A DNA stretch of 32,000 nucleotides. It comes from an uncultured archaeon. Lineage in GTDB: Archaea > Asgardarchaeota > Thorarchaeia > Thorarchaeales > Thorarchaeaceae. Position 1 is the first letter of the stretch, and every line of letters starts with the position of its first letter. The notes under the pieces are model-generated. The model ran no database searches. It was not told where the DNA came from and saw only the letters and a list, made by a program, of their open reading frames with translations. The stretch is from positions 278,075-310,074 of the forward strand of contig CAYHAA010000001.1 of assembly GCA_964354495.1 (NCBI GenBank). The letters run 5' to 3'. A program made the translations under genes and the position numbers. Below, in pieces: positions 17,378 through 26,481 of this stretch.

Positions 17378-17797
17378 ATGGCAGAGAAAAAGGAACTCTA
17401 TCTAGGGTACTCCACAGACAAGGCAATCACGCCCTTCATGCAGAATTTTCTGGAACATCTAGACCAGGGTCGTCTGATGAAAAGCAAATGTGGCAAGTGC
17501 GGAAAAGAGTATCTTCCTCCAAGACAGCACTGCCAGAAGGACATGAGTGAATGTACCTTGGTTGAAGTGAAAGAGAAAGAAGCCAAGTTATACTCCTATG
17601 TGATTGTTGACTTTGCACCAGAAAGCCTCTCATCAAAGCAGCCCTATGTAGTGGCCATCGGTCAATTTCCATCAGGGCTGAAGCTGACAGCGCATATTAC
17701 TAACCTGATGAGCCTGCCCGAGGTTGGAATGAAGCTCAAACTGGGTTTTGACAAGTCACCCGATGGCAAGATGGTCACATATAGGTGGCTAGTATAG
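17378..17797 (+). CDS. DUF35 Zn-ribbon/OB-fold thiolase partner
   Basis: CGKCG..YLPPR..C, LYSYVIV, PYVVAIG; directly follows the thiolase. Confidence 0.92.
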   Translation: MAEKKELYLGYSTDKAITPFMQNFLEHLDQGRLMKSKCGKCGKEYLPPRQHCQKDMSECTLVEVKEKEAKLYSYVIVDFAPESLSSKQPYVVAIGQFPSGLKLTAHITNLMSLPEVGMKLKLGFDKSPDGKMVTYRWLV

Positions 17798-17804
17798 CTC
17801 AAAT

Positions 17805-17836
17805 CGGGGGCTTGAGCCCCCGTCTACCTCTTTTTT
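17805..17836 (+). terminator. Hairpin plus U-tract terminator
   Basis: CGGGGG(CT) / (AG)CCCCCG stem followed by TCTACCTCTTTTTT. Confidence 0.65.
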
Positions 17837-17867
17837 GGTGAAGCATCGGTCTGTTCAGGATGTTTTT

Positions 17868-18206
17868 TCATTGTTTTGAATACAGCTCAAGGATCTTTGC
17901 CCACCGTGACTGAAGGCGTACAGCTCTCAATGTCTGTAGATAGACTGCCGAAGCCCTTGCAGAATCACAGCCCTCGATCTCATCTACGGCATGATTGATG
18001 ATCTCTGTGATGTCTTTGAACCTTCTCCGGCCGTCATTTCGTAGATAGCCTGCGAACGCGACATAGTCTCTACTCTTCTGGCCTAGCCCTTGGAGAAGCA
18101 TTATTTCATCCTGAACTACTGCATTCAGCTCATAGGAATTCTCGAGGGACTTCTTCATGGCGCTTAGACTATCGATATAGACGTGATTCGTCCCTTTTGA
18201 ATCCAA
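17868..18206 (-). CDS. Hypothetical helical protein
   Basis: 112-aa TTG-start ORF filling the gap between + strand genes; protein-like composition. Confidence 0.6.
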   Translation of the reverse strand: MDSKGTNHVYIDSLSAMKKSLENSYELNAVVQDEIMLLQGLGQKSRDYVAFAGYLRNDGRRRFKDITEIINHAVDEIEGCDSARASAVYLQTLRAVRLQSRWAKILELYSKQ

Positions 18207-18384
18207 GCATATCAGTCCCCTAATCTTATAGTTGCATTTACGGTTCGAACCACTAATTAAACATTAAGCATCAAAACTCATCAGAATCCCAGCAAGCGCC
18301 ATTTCCCCGATGTCGCCGCTTCTCAGGAATATCTGGTTCTTCCGAAGGCTTATTACATTGGTTTGAGCCACCCCGCCCATTACT

Positions 18385-19185
18385 TTGGAGGAACTGGTTG
18401 TGTCTGAACAAGAAATACTCTATGAGGTATCCGATGGTATTGCTACTATCACCATCAATAGACCAGCGAAATACAATGCACTATGCACCTCAGTCGTGAC
18501 TACTCTGAGGCAGCTCTTCAAGAAAGCTGAGGGAGCTAGTTCGGTTAGGGTTATTCTTCTTACAGGTGCTGGTGAGAAAGCGTTTGCAGCGGGGGCCGAT
18601 ATTACTGAGTTTCAGGGAAAAGACTCCAAGACGGTTCGACCTCTTACAGAGAATGGACAAGAGCTATGCAAATACATAGAATCGATGGGCAAACCTGTCA
18701 TAGCTGTTGTGAACGGATTCGCGTTAGGCGGAGGTTGCGAGATTGCCATGTCATGTGACATCCGATACGCGTCCTCCAATGCGAAATTCGGCCAACCCGA
18801 AATAAATCTCGGAATCATTCCGGGTTTTGGTGGTACTGCGCGGCTCGCGCGACTTGTCGGTCTTGGTATGGCTAAGGAGCTAATATACGGCGGAGAACAG
18901 ATTAAGTGTGAAGAGGCTCTCAGAATTGGCCTTGTCAACAAGATGTTCGAGTCTGTCGAAGAACTTCGGAATGGCGCGATGCAACTTGCTCGAAAGCTCG
19001 CGGCGAAGCCGGGTGTCGCGTTGGCACTCTCAAAGCAGTCCCTCAATAATTCTTGGGAGATGCCTCTCAACAAGAACTTGAAATTCGAAGTCGATGTGTT
19101 CTGCAAGACCTTTGATACAGAAGACAAGGATGAGGGCGTCAGCGCGTTCTTAGGCAAGCGAGAAGCCAAGTTCAAGCACAAGTAG
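18385..19185 (+). CDS. Enoyl-CoA hydratase (crotonase), second copy
   Basis: TINRPAKYNA, FAAGADI, GKPVIAVVNGFALGGGCEIA, GQPEINLGIIPGFGG. Confidence 0.95.
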   Translation: MEELVVSEQEILYEVSDGIATITINRPAKYNALCTSVVTTLRQLFKKAEGASSVRVILLTGAGEKAFAAGADITEFQGKDSKTVRPLTENGQELCKYIESMGKPVIAVVNGFALGGGCEIAMSCDIRYASSNAKFGQPEINLGIIPGFGGTARLARLVGLGMAKELIYGGEQIKCEEALRIGLVNKMFESVEELRNGAMQLARKLAAKPGVALALSKQSLNNSWEMPLNKNLKFEVDVFCKTFDTEDKDEGVSAFLGKREAKFKHK

Positions 19186-19188
19186 ATG

Positions 19189-19228
19189 GGTGCACGGGTT
19201 TGGAATCCCGTCACCTTCTCTCTATTTT
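19189..19228 (+). terminator. Hairpin plus U-tract terminator between convergent genes
   Basis: GGTG-C-ACGGG / CCCGT-CACC stem followed by TTCTCTCTATTTT. Confidence 0.5.
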
Positions 19229-20146
19229 GAGGTGTCCATCTTCCTCGATTATTTTCCCCTTTTTCTTGAGCAGCTCAACATGCTTCTCAAGCATGAATAC
19301 CTCGAAAGCACGATAGAGCTCCATCGGGATTCGCCGATAGATGGTTGGTTTGAGAGCCATCTTCTCAATAGTATCGATACCACTCGCAATATTGTCGAGC
19401 ACACGCCTCTCTCTCTCGCCGAAGACTCTCGTGAACGCCTGCAGTCTCATTTTGAGATCCTCAGTGACGGGGTCAATGAGGTGGCTGCTAATTCCTGTCC
19501 TTGGATTCATCTCAATCACCCGCTCCACGGACTTCTTGAAATCCGCAATATCACTCACCTTATTTCCATACCATGGCCCAAAGCTTGTCAAATCGATGTC
19601 GACCAGGAAAATTGTATCATAGCCATTGATGCCAAAACAGGTATGGTCCAGTGTATGACCCGGCAGATGAATCGGAATAATCTCAGTTTCACCACAGCTG
19701 ATGGCTTTTCTATCTTCGAAGGTGCCAGTGACATTATACTCCGCCAAGACATGTGCAAAACTCGTGTTGATGAACACTCTCCAGACGTCGTATTGACTGC
19801 GCCCCTCCATTCCGTAGTAGTCGACCATCCCTTTGAAGGTTCGAACCCCCTTCTCGGCGAGTGGATGACATATCATTTCACAATCTGCAGCTCTTTGAAT
19901 GATTGCGGCATAGCCCTTATGGTCGATATGGAAGTGTGTCAGGATAATCCTCTCAATATCGGAGAGTTCATGGCCGAGGTCTCTCAAAGTCCGTGTTACG
20001 TTTTCCATGCTTGTGCCGGCATCCACCAGCGTCAGAATCTCGTCATCAATCAGCAGTGTATTCGCCTCAGGAAAACCAGCTCCATTCTTACCTCTCACAA
20101 GGTGTACCTTTGGCAAGACCTCGATGTGTGTTGGATACTCGGACAT
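19211..20146 (-). CDS. Metallo-beta-lactamase fold hydrolase
   Basis: LVDAG, THFHIDH (HxHxDH), PGHTLDH; probable C-terminal wHTH. Confidence 0.9.
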   Translation of the reverse strand: MSEYPTHIEVLPKVHLVRGKNGAGFPEANTLLIDDEILTLVDAGTSMENVTRTLRDLGHELSDIERIILTHFHIDHKGYAAIIQRAADCEMICHPLAEKGVRTFKGMVDYYGMEGRSQYDVWRVFINTSFAHVLAEYNVTGTFEDRKAISCGETEIIPIHLPGHTLDHTCFGINGYDTIFLVDIDLTSFGPWYGNKVSDIADFKKSVERVIEMNPRTGISSHLIDPVTEDLKMRLQAFTRVFGERERRVLDNIASGIDTIEKMALKPTIYRRIPMELYRAFEVFMLEKHVELLKKKGKIIEEDGHLKIERR

Positions 20147-20237
20147 TGCAGTTCAGTCTCTTCTTGTCCTAAATAACTCTCTCTGTCGCACAATCTATAT
20201 TGCACGGTGTCGTTCTACTATATTCAATCATATGTAG

Positions 20238-21704
20238 GTGAGTTCGATGAGTCAACGCTTGTTTGCAGTATTTGATATAGGTACCACAGGAACACGATCG
20301 GTAATAATTGATGAAGAGGGCCGTGAACTCAGCAAGGCGTACGAGGAATATCCCAGCAAGCCCGCCGAGCTCAAGACGCATGAGCAGCTTGCAGACACGT
20401 TTTGGCGGACTTCTGCAAACACCATGCAGCGTGCTCTATCAGCATGCAAGTACGGTGCTGATGCGATAGTCGGAGTTGTCGTGACCACGACAAGGGACAG
20501 TATCACGCCGATTGACTCCAAGGGCAATCCATTAGCTCCCACAATCACTTGGGTTGATAATCGGTCCAGCAAGAAGAGCAAGGAGCTCGCCGATATAATT
20601 GGCCCGCGAAAAAGCGTCAACAAGATGATGTGGTTCATTGAGAACAGACCAGACTTCTTCAAGAAGGTCCATAAATGGGCACCATTGGACGCGCTCATAA
20701 ACAGTCGATTATGCGGTGTTCTGGCCAGCTCTCCTGCGGATGCGCGCTTTGGACCAATTGATCATGAAACACTCCAGTGGTCTGAAGAAATATGTGAGGC
20801 CACTGGCATTCCTATTGACAAGCTCGTACGAATCGTGAACTCCGGGTCGACGATTGGAGAACTATCATCTGCAGCTGCCAAGACCACAGGTCTGAGAAAG
20901 GGCACCCCTGTTATAATGGGAAGCGGTGATCAACAATGCTCAGCCCTAGGAATGGGTGTCATTGAGCCAGGAGTTGTGAAGGCAACAACGGGCACAGGAA
21001 CGTTCGTAATCACCCACCTTGATGAGTTCATGGAGAATCCCTTTGTCATGTTCTGCCATCCCTCAGCGATGCCGGGCAAATGGATCTTGGAGGGTGTTAT
21101 ACCAGGGACAGGACTCACCTACAAATGGTACAGAGATCAGTATTGTGAACCTGAGATGGCGTTGGCGGTTCAAACAGAGATGGATGCCTACCAAATAATG
21201 GAGACCTCGGCGGCCTCAGTCCCTGCAGGCAGTGATGGTCTTGTAGTGTTTCCATTCATGGCATACGGTCTTGGAATCATCTATCATCTAAGTTTCCGTC
21301 ATACTAAGGCTCACGTAGCACGAGCAATACTCGAGGCGAATGGCTACGGAATCAAGATGTACATCGAGATGATGGAGGGTATGTTGGATGCCAAGTTTGA
21401 CGAACTCCGCATTGATGGCGGCGGAGCCAACTCACCTCTGTGGCGACAGATTCAGGCTGACTGCTCTGAGAAACCTGTGGTCCTTCCGCGGATCAGAGAT
21501 TCAACAGTCAACGGTGCTGCAATGCTTGGCACAGTTGGGACAGGTATCTACGGCTCTTACAAAGAGGCTGTTGAGAATATGTTCCACATCGAAGAACGCC
21601 GGGAACCCATTCCTGAGAATGTCATCATCTACAGGAAACAGTACCAGACTTTCAACAAACTCCTGAATTCGGAATTGGGCAATATACTGGAATCAATCTC
21701 GTAG
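20238..21704 (+). CDS. FGGY-family carbohydrate kinase (glycerol kinase/xylulokinase-like)
   Basis: FDIGTTGTRS, GSGDQQCSALG, TGTGTF, DGGGANSPLWRQIQAD. Start GTG 20238 or ATG 20247. Confidence 0.93.
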   Translation: MSSMSQRLFAVFDIGTTGTRSVIIDEEGRELSKAYEEYPSKPAELKTHEQLADTFWRTSANTMQRALSACKYGADAIVGVVVTTTRDSITPIDSKGNPLAPTITWVDNRSSKKSKELADIIGPRKSVNKMMWFIENRPDFFKKVHKWAPLDALINSRLCGVLASSPADARFGPIDHETLQWSEEICEATGIPIDKLVRIVNSGSTIGELSSAAAKTTGLRKGTPVIMGSGDQQCSALGMGVIEPGVVKATTGTGTFVITHLDEFMENPFVMFCHPSAMPGKWILEGVIPGTGLTYKWYRDQYCEPEMALAVQTEMDAYQIMETSAASVPAGSDGLVVFPFMAYGLGIIYHLSFRHTKAHVARAILEANGYGIKMYIEMMEGMLDAKFDELRIDGGGANSPLWRQIQADCSEKPVVLPRIRDSTVNGAAMLGTVGTGIYGSYKEAVENMFHIEERREPIPENVIIYRKQYQTFNKLLNSELGNILESIS

Positions 21705-21768
21705 AAGAAACGAAACGTCCGAGGCAGGTACTGTGTAGATCCATGCGGATACTGGGCCGAAGAGGCGC

Positions 21769-22020
21769 TTACTCCTTGTCTTCGTCCCGATTGTCTTCCC
21801 AGATTCTGCCGAAGAACACTAAGGCCAGAACAAGCTCGGAACCTTTTGCATTCTGAGCCAGATACTCGATCGATTCACTAATAGTGTTCTCGTGCTCCCA
21901 TGCATGTCGGGCAAGGTCCACAAGATCATCGAATCTCTTGTCAGGAATTTCGAGTGCTTGGGTAATCTTCTCGGTATCGTGACCTTTTACATTGAGAGTA
22001 CCAAGATTATATTCTGGCAT
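21769..22020 (-). CDS. Small hypothetical protein
   Basis: 83-aa ORF from ATG 22020 (MPEYNLG...), acidic, occupying the kinase-glpA gap. Confidence 0.65.
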   Translation of the reverse strand: MPEYNLGTLNVKGHDTEKITQALEIPDKRFDDLVDLARHAWEHENTISESIEYLAQNAKGSELVLALVFFGRIWEDNRDEDKE

Positions 22021-22205
22021 CTTCACGTACACCTTAGCAGCCAGCATGGGCCCGGTCCTTTTAATCTATCTGCGGCTGGAATTCTGCAAATCTGCACTAA
22101 TGAGTGCAATCGAAACCCTTGTATTGCGCGTAGAAGACTCCCCCAGTGAGGCAGAGATTCTATCTGTGAAAGCTCCATGACCGAAATCTTCGGGGATTCC
22201 ATTCT

Positions 22206-23870
22206 ATGACCGATACCCAGTTCGATGTTGTCGTGATTGGCGGAGGAAGTACAGGAACAGCTGTGGCCCGTGATTGCGCCATGAGAGGCCTACGGATTCT
22301 CTTGTTGGAACGTGATGATATTGCATCGGCCACCGTAGGTACGTGCGCAGGAATGATCTCATCTGGTCTAAAGTACAGTGACGAACCTGATATCATGGCT
22401 ATGTGCTCAAAGGAAGTTGTGCATTTCAGTCATATCGCTCGCCATATCATCTCCAAGAATCCGATCATTGCACCGCTCTTGGACCTAAGTGATGCCGCGA
22501 GTGATAGTTCATATGTTGACTCATACTCGGCACATGCTGAGGAACGTGCAGTACCTTCGATGCTGTTTTTGACACCTGAGGCTTCACGTGAAATTGAGCC
22601 GATGCTTCATCCTGATGTCATCGCCAGTGTCTACTATGAAGAATTCTTCATAGATCCCTTCCGTCTGTGCATGCTTCAGGCTCTAGATGCTGCCAAGCAT
22701 GGCGCAAAGATAAAGACCTACTGCGAGGTCATTGATTTTGCCATCAATCACAATAACAAGCTCGAGGGTGTCGTTTTCTACAATGGAGTAACAGGCCGTA
22801 CTGAGAAGGTCAGGACCGAATTCGTCATCAATGCTACTGGCCCTTGGGCACACAAGGTGGCTAGCCTTGCGGGTGAGAAACTAGATATTCGCCTCAACAA
22901 GGGCGCTCATGTCATACTAGACAGAAGAGTGGTCAATGTTGGGGTCACTGTAAAGGCTATTGATGGAAGATGGGTCTATCTTTTTCCCCACGAGAATACT
23001 ACGCTTCTCGGGACAACCGCCTTGGACACATGGGAGGATCCGGATTCACTCGTTGCTTCCTTTGATGAAATCGAATATCTTCTTCAGAGCATCGAGACTG
23101 TGCTACCATCTATTCGTGAGGCCCGTATTATTAGAACAATGGCAGGCGTCAGACCCCTTGTTCCTGAGTGGAAGAAACCTGAGGGAAAGGTGACTCGCGG
23201 CTACCAAGTCATAGATCATGGTGCGAATGATGGTACAAAGGGACTGATTAGCTTCACAGGAGGAAAGCTGGTCATGTGCAGGCACATGGCTGAAACTGTC
23301 ACAGACCTTGTCTGCAAGAAGCTTGGCAAGACTGCGACCTGCACGACCCATGAACAACCTCTTCCGGGAAATGAGGCCGACATCGATATTGTCGGACTCT
23401 CAAGAGAATATGGCATTGCCCTTCATGCCTTGGAACGTATGCGCGCGCGTCGGGGAGCCGATATGGTGAAAGTTTTGGAGCTCACAAGACAGCATCCCGA
23501 GTGGAAGACCACAGTATGCACATGCGAGCCAGTCATTGAGGCAGAGGTACGCTACACAATACGAGAGGAATTTCCGCAGACACTGAACGACCTCCGACGC
23601 AGACTTCGTCTGGGAACTGGTCCATGCCAAGGGACATCTTGCACCTACAAAGCTGCAGCAATCCTCTGTGAAGAGCTCAATCTGGGTGGCGATGACTTTC
23701 TTGTTGATATTCTAGATTTCAGAGCAGAACGATGGAAAGGAATTCGGCAGTCTCTTCGGGGCGAGCAACTGGCTCAAGATGAACTCACGCAGGGAATGTA
23801 TGCATGCGTGGGAAACCTTGACCAGTCTGATGTAGACTATGATATCAAACCCTGGGAGGAGGGATGCTGA
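22206..23870 (+). CDS. glpA: Anaerobic glycerol-3-phosphate dehydrogenase subunit A (FAD, C-terminal BFD-like 2Fe-2S)
   Basis: IGGGSTG, GMISSGLKY, NATGPW, GVRPL, GGKL, CTCE...GTGPCQGTSC. Confidence 0.9.
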   Translation: MTDTQFDVVVIGGGSTGTAVARDCAMRGLRILLLERDDIASATVGTCAGMISSGLKYSDEPDIMAMCSKEVVHFSHIARHIISKNPIIAPLLDLSDAASDSSYVDSYSAHAEERAVPSMLFLTPEASREIEPMLHPDVIASVYYEEFFIDPFRLCMLQALDAAKHGAKIKTYCEVIDFAINHNNKLEGVVFYNGVTGRTEKVRTEFVINATGPWAHKVASLAGEKLDIRLNKGAHVILDRRVVNVGVTVKAIDGRWVYLFPHENTTLLGTTALDTWEDPDSLVASFDEIEYLLQSIETVLPSIREARIIRTMAGVRPLVPEWKKPEGKVTRGYQVIDHGANDGTKGLISFTGGKLVMCRHMAETVTDLVCKKLGKTATCTTHEQPLPGNEADIDIVGLSREYGIALHALERMRARRGADMVKVLELTRQHPEWKTTVCTCEPVIEAEVRYTIREEFPQTLNDLRRRLRLGTGPCQGTSCTYKAAAILCEELNLGGDDFLVDILDFRAERWKGIRQSLRGEQLAQDELTQGMYACVGNLDQSDVDYDIKPWEEGC

Positions 23871-25244
23871 GTGAATCTCAAGGCTGATCTTCTTGTCATT
23901 GGTGGTGGCATGGCAGGGCTTGTTGCAGGCACAGTAGCTTCTGAATCTGGTCTGACTACTCTTCTTCTTAGAAAGGGCCAGAGCGCCACCGCATACTCCT
24001 CAGGTGCGATAGACGTCATTGGGTATGTTCCAGATGTCCTAGAGCCCTTTTCAAGCCCCGAAGAAGGATTGCTTGCGATTGCGGCTCTATATCCTCTCCA
24101 CCCGTATGCAGTTGTTGGCTATGGTGATGATGCTACATCTGAAGAAACGGGCGCAGCAATTGTTGGGAGAGTGCGGGGAGCTATTACGTGGCTGAAGGAG
24201 AATCTTGGGGGTACAATTGCTCCCGTAGTGGGCGAGTTTGATACCAACATGCATCTCATCACAATTCTTGGTACTGCAAAGCCCGCTTGTCTTGCACAGA
24301 CGACGATATGCCCCGCTGACCTTGAGAATCGAGAAGATAGTGTTCTTCTCTTTGCGGGTATCACCGGTTGTTCTGAATTCAGTCCATCTGCAGCTGCGAA
24401 GACTTACATTGAGGACCGAATCGCTCTCGGTGGACCTCCTCACAAGGTTGGTCATTGCATGCTTCAGGTCTCCCCCTTTGGCAAGTCCTTCAACATCTCA
24501 TCTATTGAGATTGCTCGGCATCTTGATCGTGAAGGTTCGATAGAGGCCCTTGCAGAACAACTCAAGGTACAAGTGAAACGAATTGGTGCGACACATGTTG
24601 CCTTGCCGCCTGTGCTGGGTATTCGCAATGCAATTGCGAACAAGTCGAAGTTGGAGAAGCTGATAGGAGCCACTGCCTTCGAATTACTAGGTTTTCCGCC
24701 ATCTGTCCCCGGTCTACGACTTCAACGCGCGCTTGAAGGCGTTTTTGTCAAAGCTGGAGGCAAGATGCTGGTAGGTCATGAAGCGATTTCCCACGTTAGA
24801 ACAAAGCAACGGGTCACTGCGGTCATCGCACGCAGCCCACTTCGTGAAATAAGGATAGATGCAAAGGCCTTCATCCTAGCAACTGGGAAGTACATCGGAG
24901 GTGGGATTGCTGGTAATGAGAAGGGACTCCGCGAGACCGTGTTTGACATCATGACTGTCACAGACGACTATCACTCGTCACGAGATATCGTACCCTCTCG
25001 TTCAACCAATCGCCTGTCAATCAGTCCCACTGGACAGCCAATTCAAGCCTGCGGATTGGGTATCGACTCACAATTCAGACCAGTTCGCGAAGACGGACTA
25101 GAATGGGCAGACAACCTCTTCGCAGCGGGTGCTGTTCTTGCTGGCTACAATTATTCTGTGGAGAAGAGTGGGCTGGGTGTTGCCTTAACGAGTGGATATA
25201 GCGCAGCCAAGAACGCTATTGATTTCCTGAGGGAGGTGAAATAG
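23871..25244 (+). CDS. glpB: Anaerobic glycerol-3-phosphate dehydrogenase subunit B
   Basis: VIGGGMAG, SSGAIDV, PPSVPGLRL, LATGKYIGGG, NLFAAGAVL, SGLGVALTSG. Confidence 0.9.
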   Translation: MNLKADLLVIGGGMAGLVAGTVASESGLTTLLLRKGQSATAYSSGAIDVIGYVPDVLEPFSSPEEGLLAIAALYPLHPYAVVGYGDDATSEETGAAIVGRVRGAITWLKENLGGTIAPVVGEFDTNMHLITILGTAKPACLAQTTICPADLENREDSVLLFAGITGCSEFSPSAAAKTYIEDRIALGGPPHKVGHCMLQVSPFGKSFNISSIEIARHLDREGSIEALAEQLKVQVKRIGATHVALPPVLGIRNAIANKSKLEKLIGATAFELLGFPPSVPGLRLQRALEGVFVKAGGKMLVGHEAISHVRTKQRVTAVIARSPLREIRIDAKAFILATGKYIGGGIAGNEKGLRETVFDIMTVTDDYHSSRDIVPSRSTNRLSISPTGQPIQACGLGIDSQFRPVREDGLEWADNLFAAGAVLAGYNYSVEKSGLGVALTSGYSAAKNAIDFLREVK

Positions 25245-25245
25245 G

Positions 25246-26481
25246 TTGGACGAGGATGAGGCCTATGAATATGTGAAGAGCACACTGAGGAAGGAAAAGA
25301 TAACTCCCTATCGTCCTGATGAGATAGAGAAGGTGAAATCTGTTAGTTCCTGCATCAACTGCGGACTATGCACGAATCATTGTCCAGTGGTTGCAGCTGT
25401 GGGCGTTGACCGTTTCAGTGGTCCCCGAAGTATTGCTGTGGAACTATCTCGTTCACCTCCTGAATACTGGTCCGCGGCAGATAAGGTGTACTTATGCACA
25501 GAATGTGGAACATGTCGCGAGGTCTGTCCCAAGAATGTAGACATTCCTGAAATCGTCAACATGATCCGCGCAAGAATCTTCGAGCATCGACCAGACCTCG
25601 TGCCAAAAGCCTTCATGTCGGTCAGAGAAATCATTACAGAACATGGTCTTGCGTTCGAGCCCTGGGCGGATAGAGAAGAGAAGGAAGGAAGTCGAGATAT
25701 GCGACTTGAGCATCTGGGACTCCCTTATGTGCCTGACAGAACAAAGGAGAATGCAGATGTACTGTTCTTTCCTGGTTGTCAGGCTGAAGAACGGGCACAG
25801 GAAGTTCGTGAAGCCGCGAAGGTGATTCTTGACTTCTTTGATGTCGACTTCACCCTTCTTAACGAATTCTCGTGCTGCAGCCTTCCATCGCATTTGATGG
25901 GCGACGAAGTGACAGCGAGGGCATTAGCTGAGAAACTGAAGCAGAAGATTAAGAAACTAGGTGTGAAGAAGGTTGTGACAACATGTGCAGGCTGTACATC
26001 AAACTTGGCCAGTCTTGCTGAACGAGATGGCTGGGGGATTCCAGTATATCACATGCTTGAGTTTCTCGCTGAGGAAATTGGATACAAGAGAGTATCCAAG
26101 GCTCTGAGAAAGACTCAGACTCCTGATGATGCTCATATTTCGGTTCATGATCCCTGCCACCTCATTCGCCATACATCACGACAGATAATGGATTATGCAT
26201 CGGAAATCCTAGCTGTCATTCCTGGGGTGAAGGTCACCACTTCCGAGGCACATGACTCGTGCTGCGGTGGTGGTGGTATGGTATCTTATCACTCTGATGA
26301 CGTGGCTAATGCCGTAGTGCAGGAGAATCTCATCGCCTTGGCGGCTACTGGGGCGGAACGTCTGGTGACACCATGTCCTCTCTGCACCGCACAATTAGAG
26401 AACAATCTGTTCAAGAGCGGAAGTCCCATTGAAGTGGAGGATTTCACGGTCTTTATAGCTCGGAGACTTCCCAAGGAGTGA
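25246..26481 (+). CDS. glpC: Anaerobic G3P dehydrogenase subunit C-like Fe-S protein (2x 4Fe-4S plus CCG domains)
   Basis: CINCGLCTNHC, CTECGTCREVC, CC, CAGC, HDPCH, CCGGGG, CPLC. Confidence 0.85.
   Translation: MDEDEAYEYVKSTLRKEKITPYRPDEIEKVKSVSSCINCGLCTNHCPVVAAVGVDRFSGPRSIAVELSRSPPEYWSAADKVYLCTECGTCREVCPKNVDIPEIVNMIRARIFEHRPDLVPKAFMSVREIITEHGLAFEPWADREEKEGSRDMRLEHLGLPYVPDRTKENADVLFFPGCQAEERAQEVREAAKVILDFFDVDFTLLNEFSCCSLPSHLMGDEVTARALAEKLKQKIKKLGVKKVVTTCAGCTSNLASLAERDGWGIPVYHMLEFLAEEIGYKRVSKALRKTQTPDDAHISVHDPCHLIRHTSRQIMDYASEILAVIPGVKVTTSEAHDSCCGGGGMVSYHSDDVANAVVQENLIALAATGAERLVTPCPLCTAQLENNLFKSGSPIEVEDFTVFIARRLPKE

Noticed and set aside
19190-20176. 328-aa plus-strand ORF
   Set aside because: Antisense shadow of the clear MBL-fold gene.
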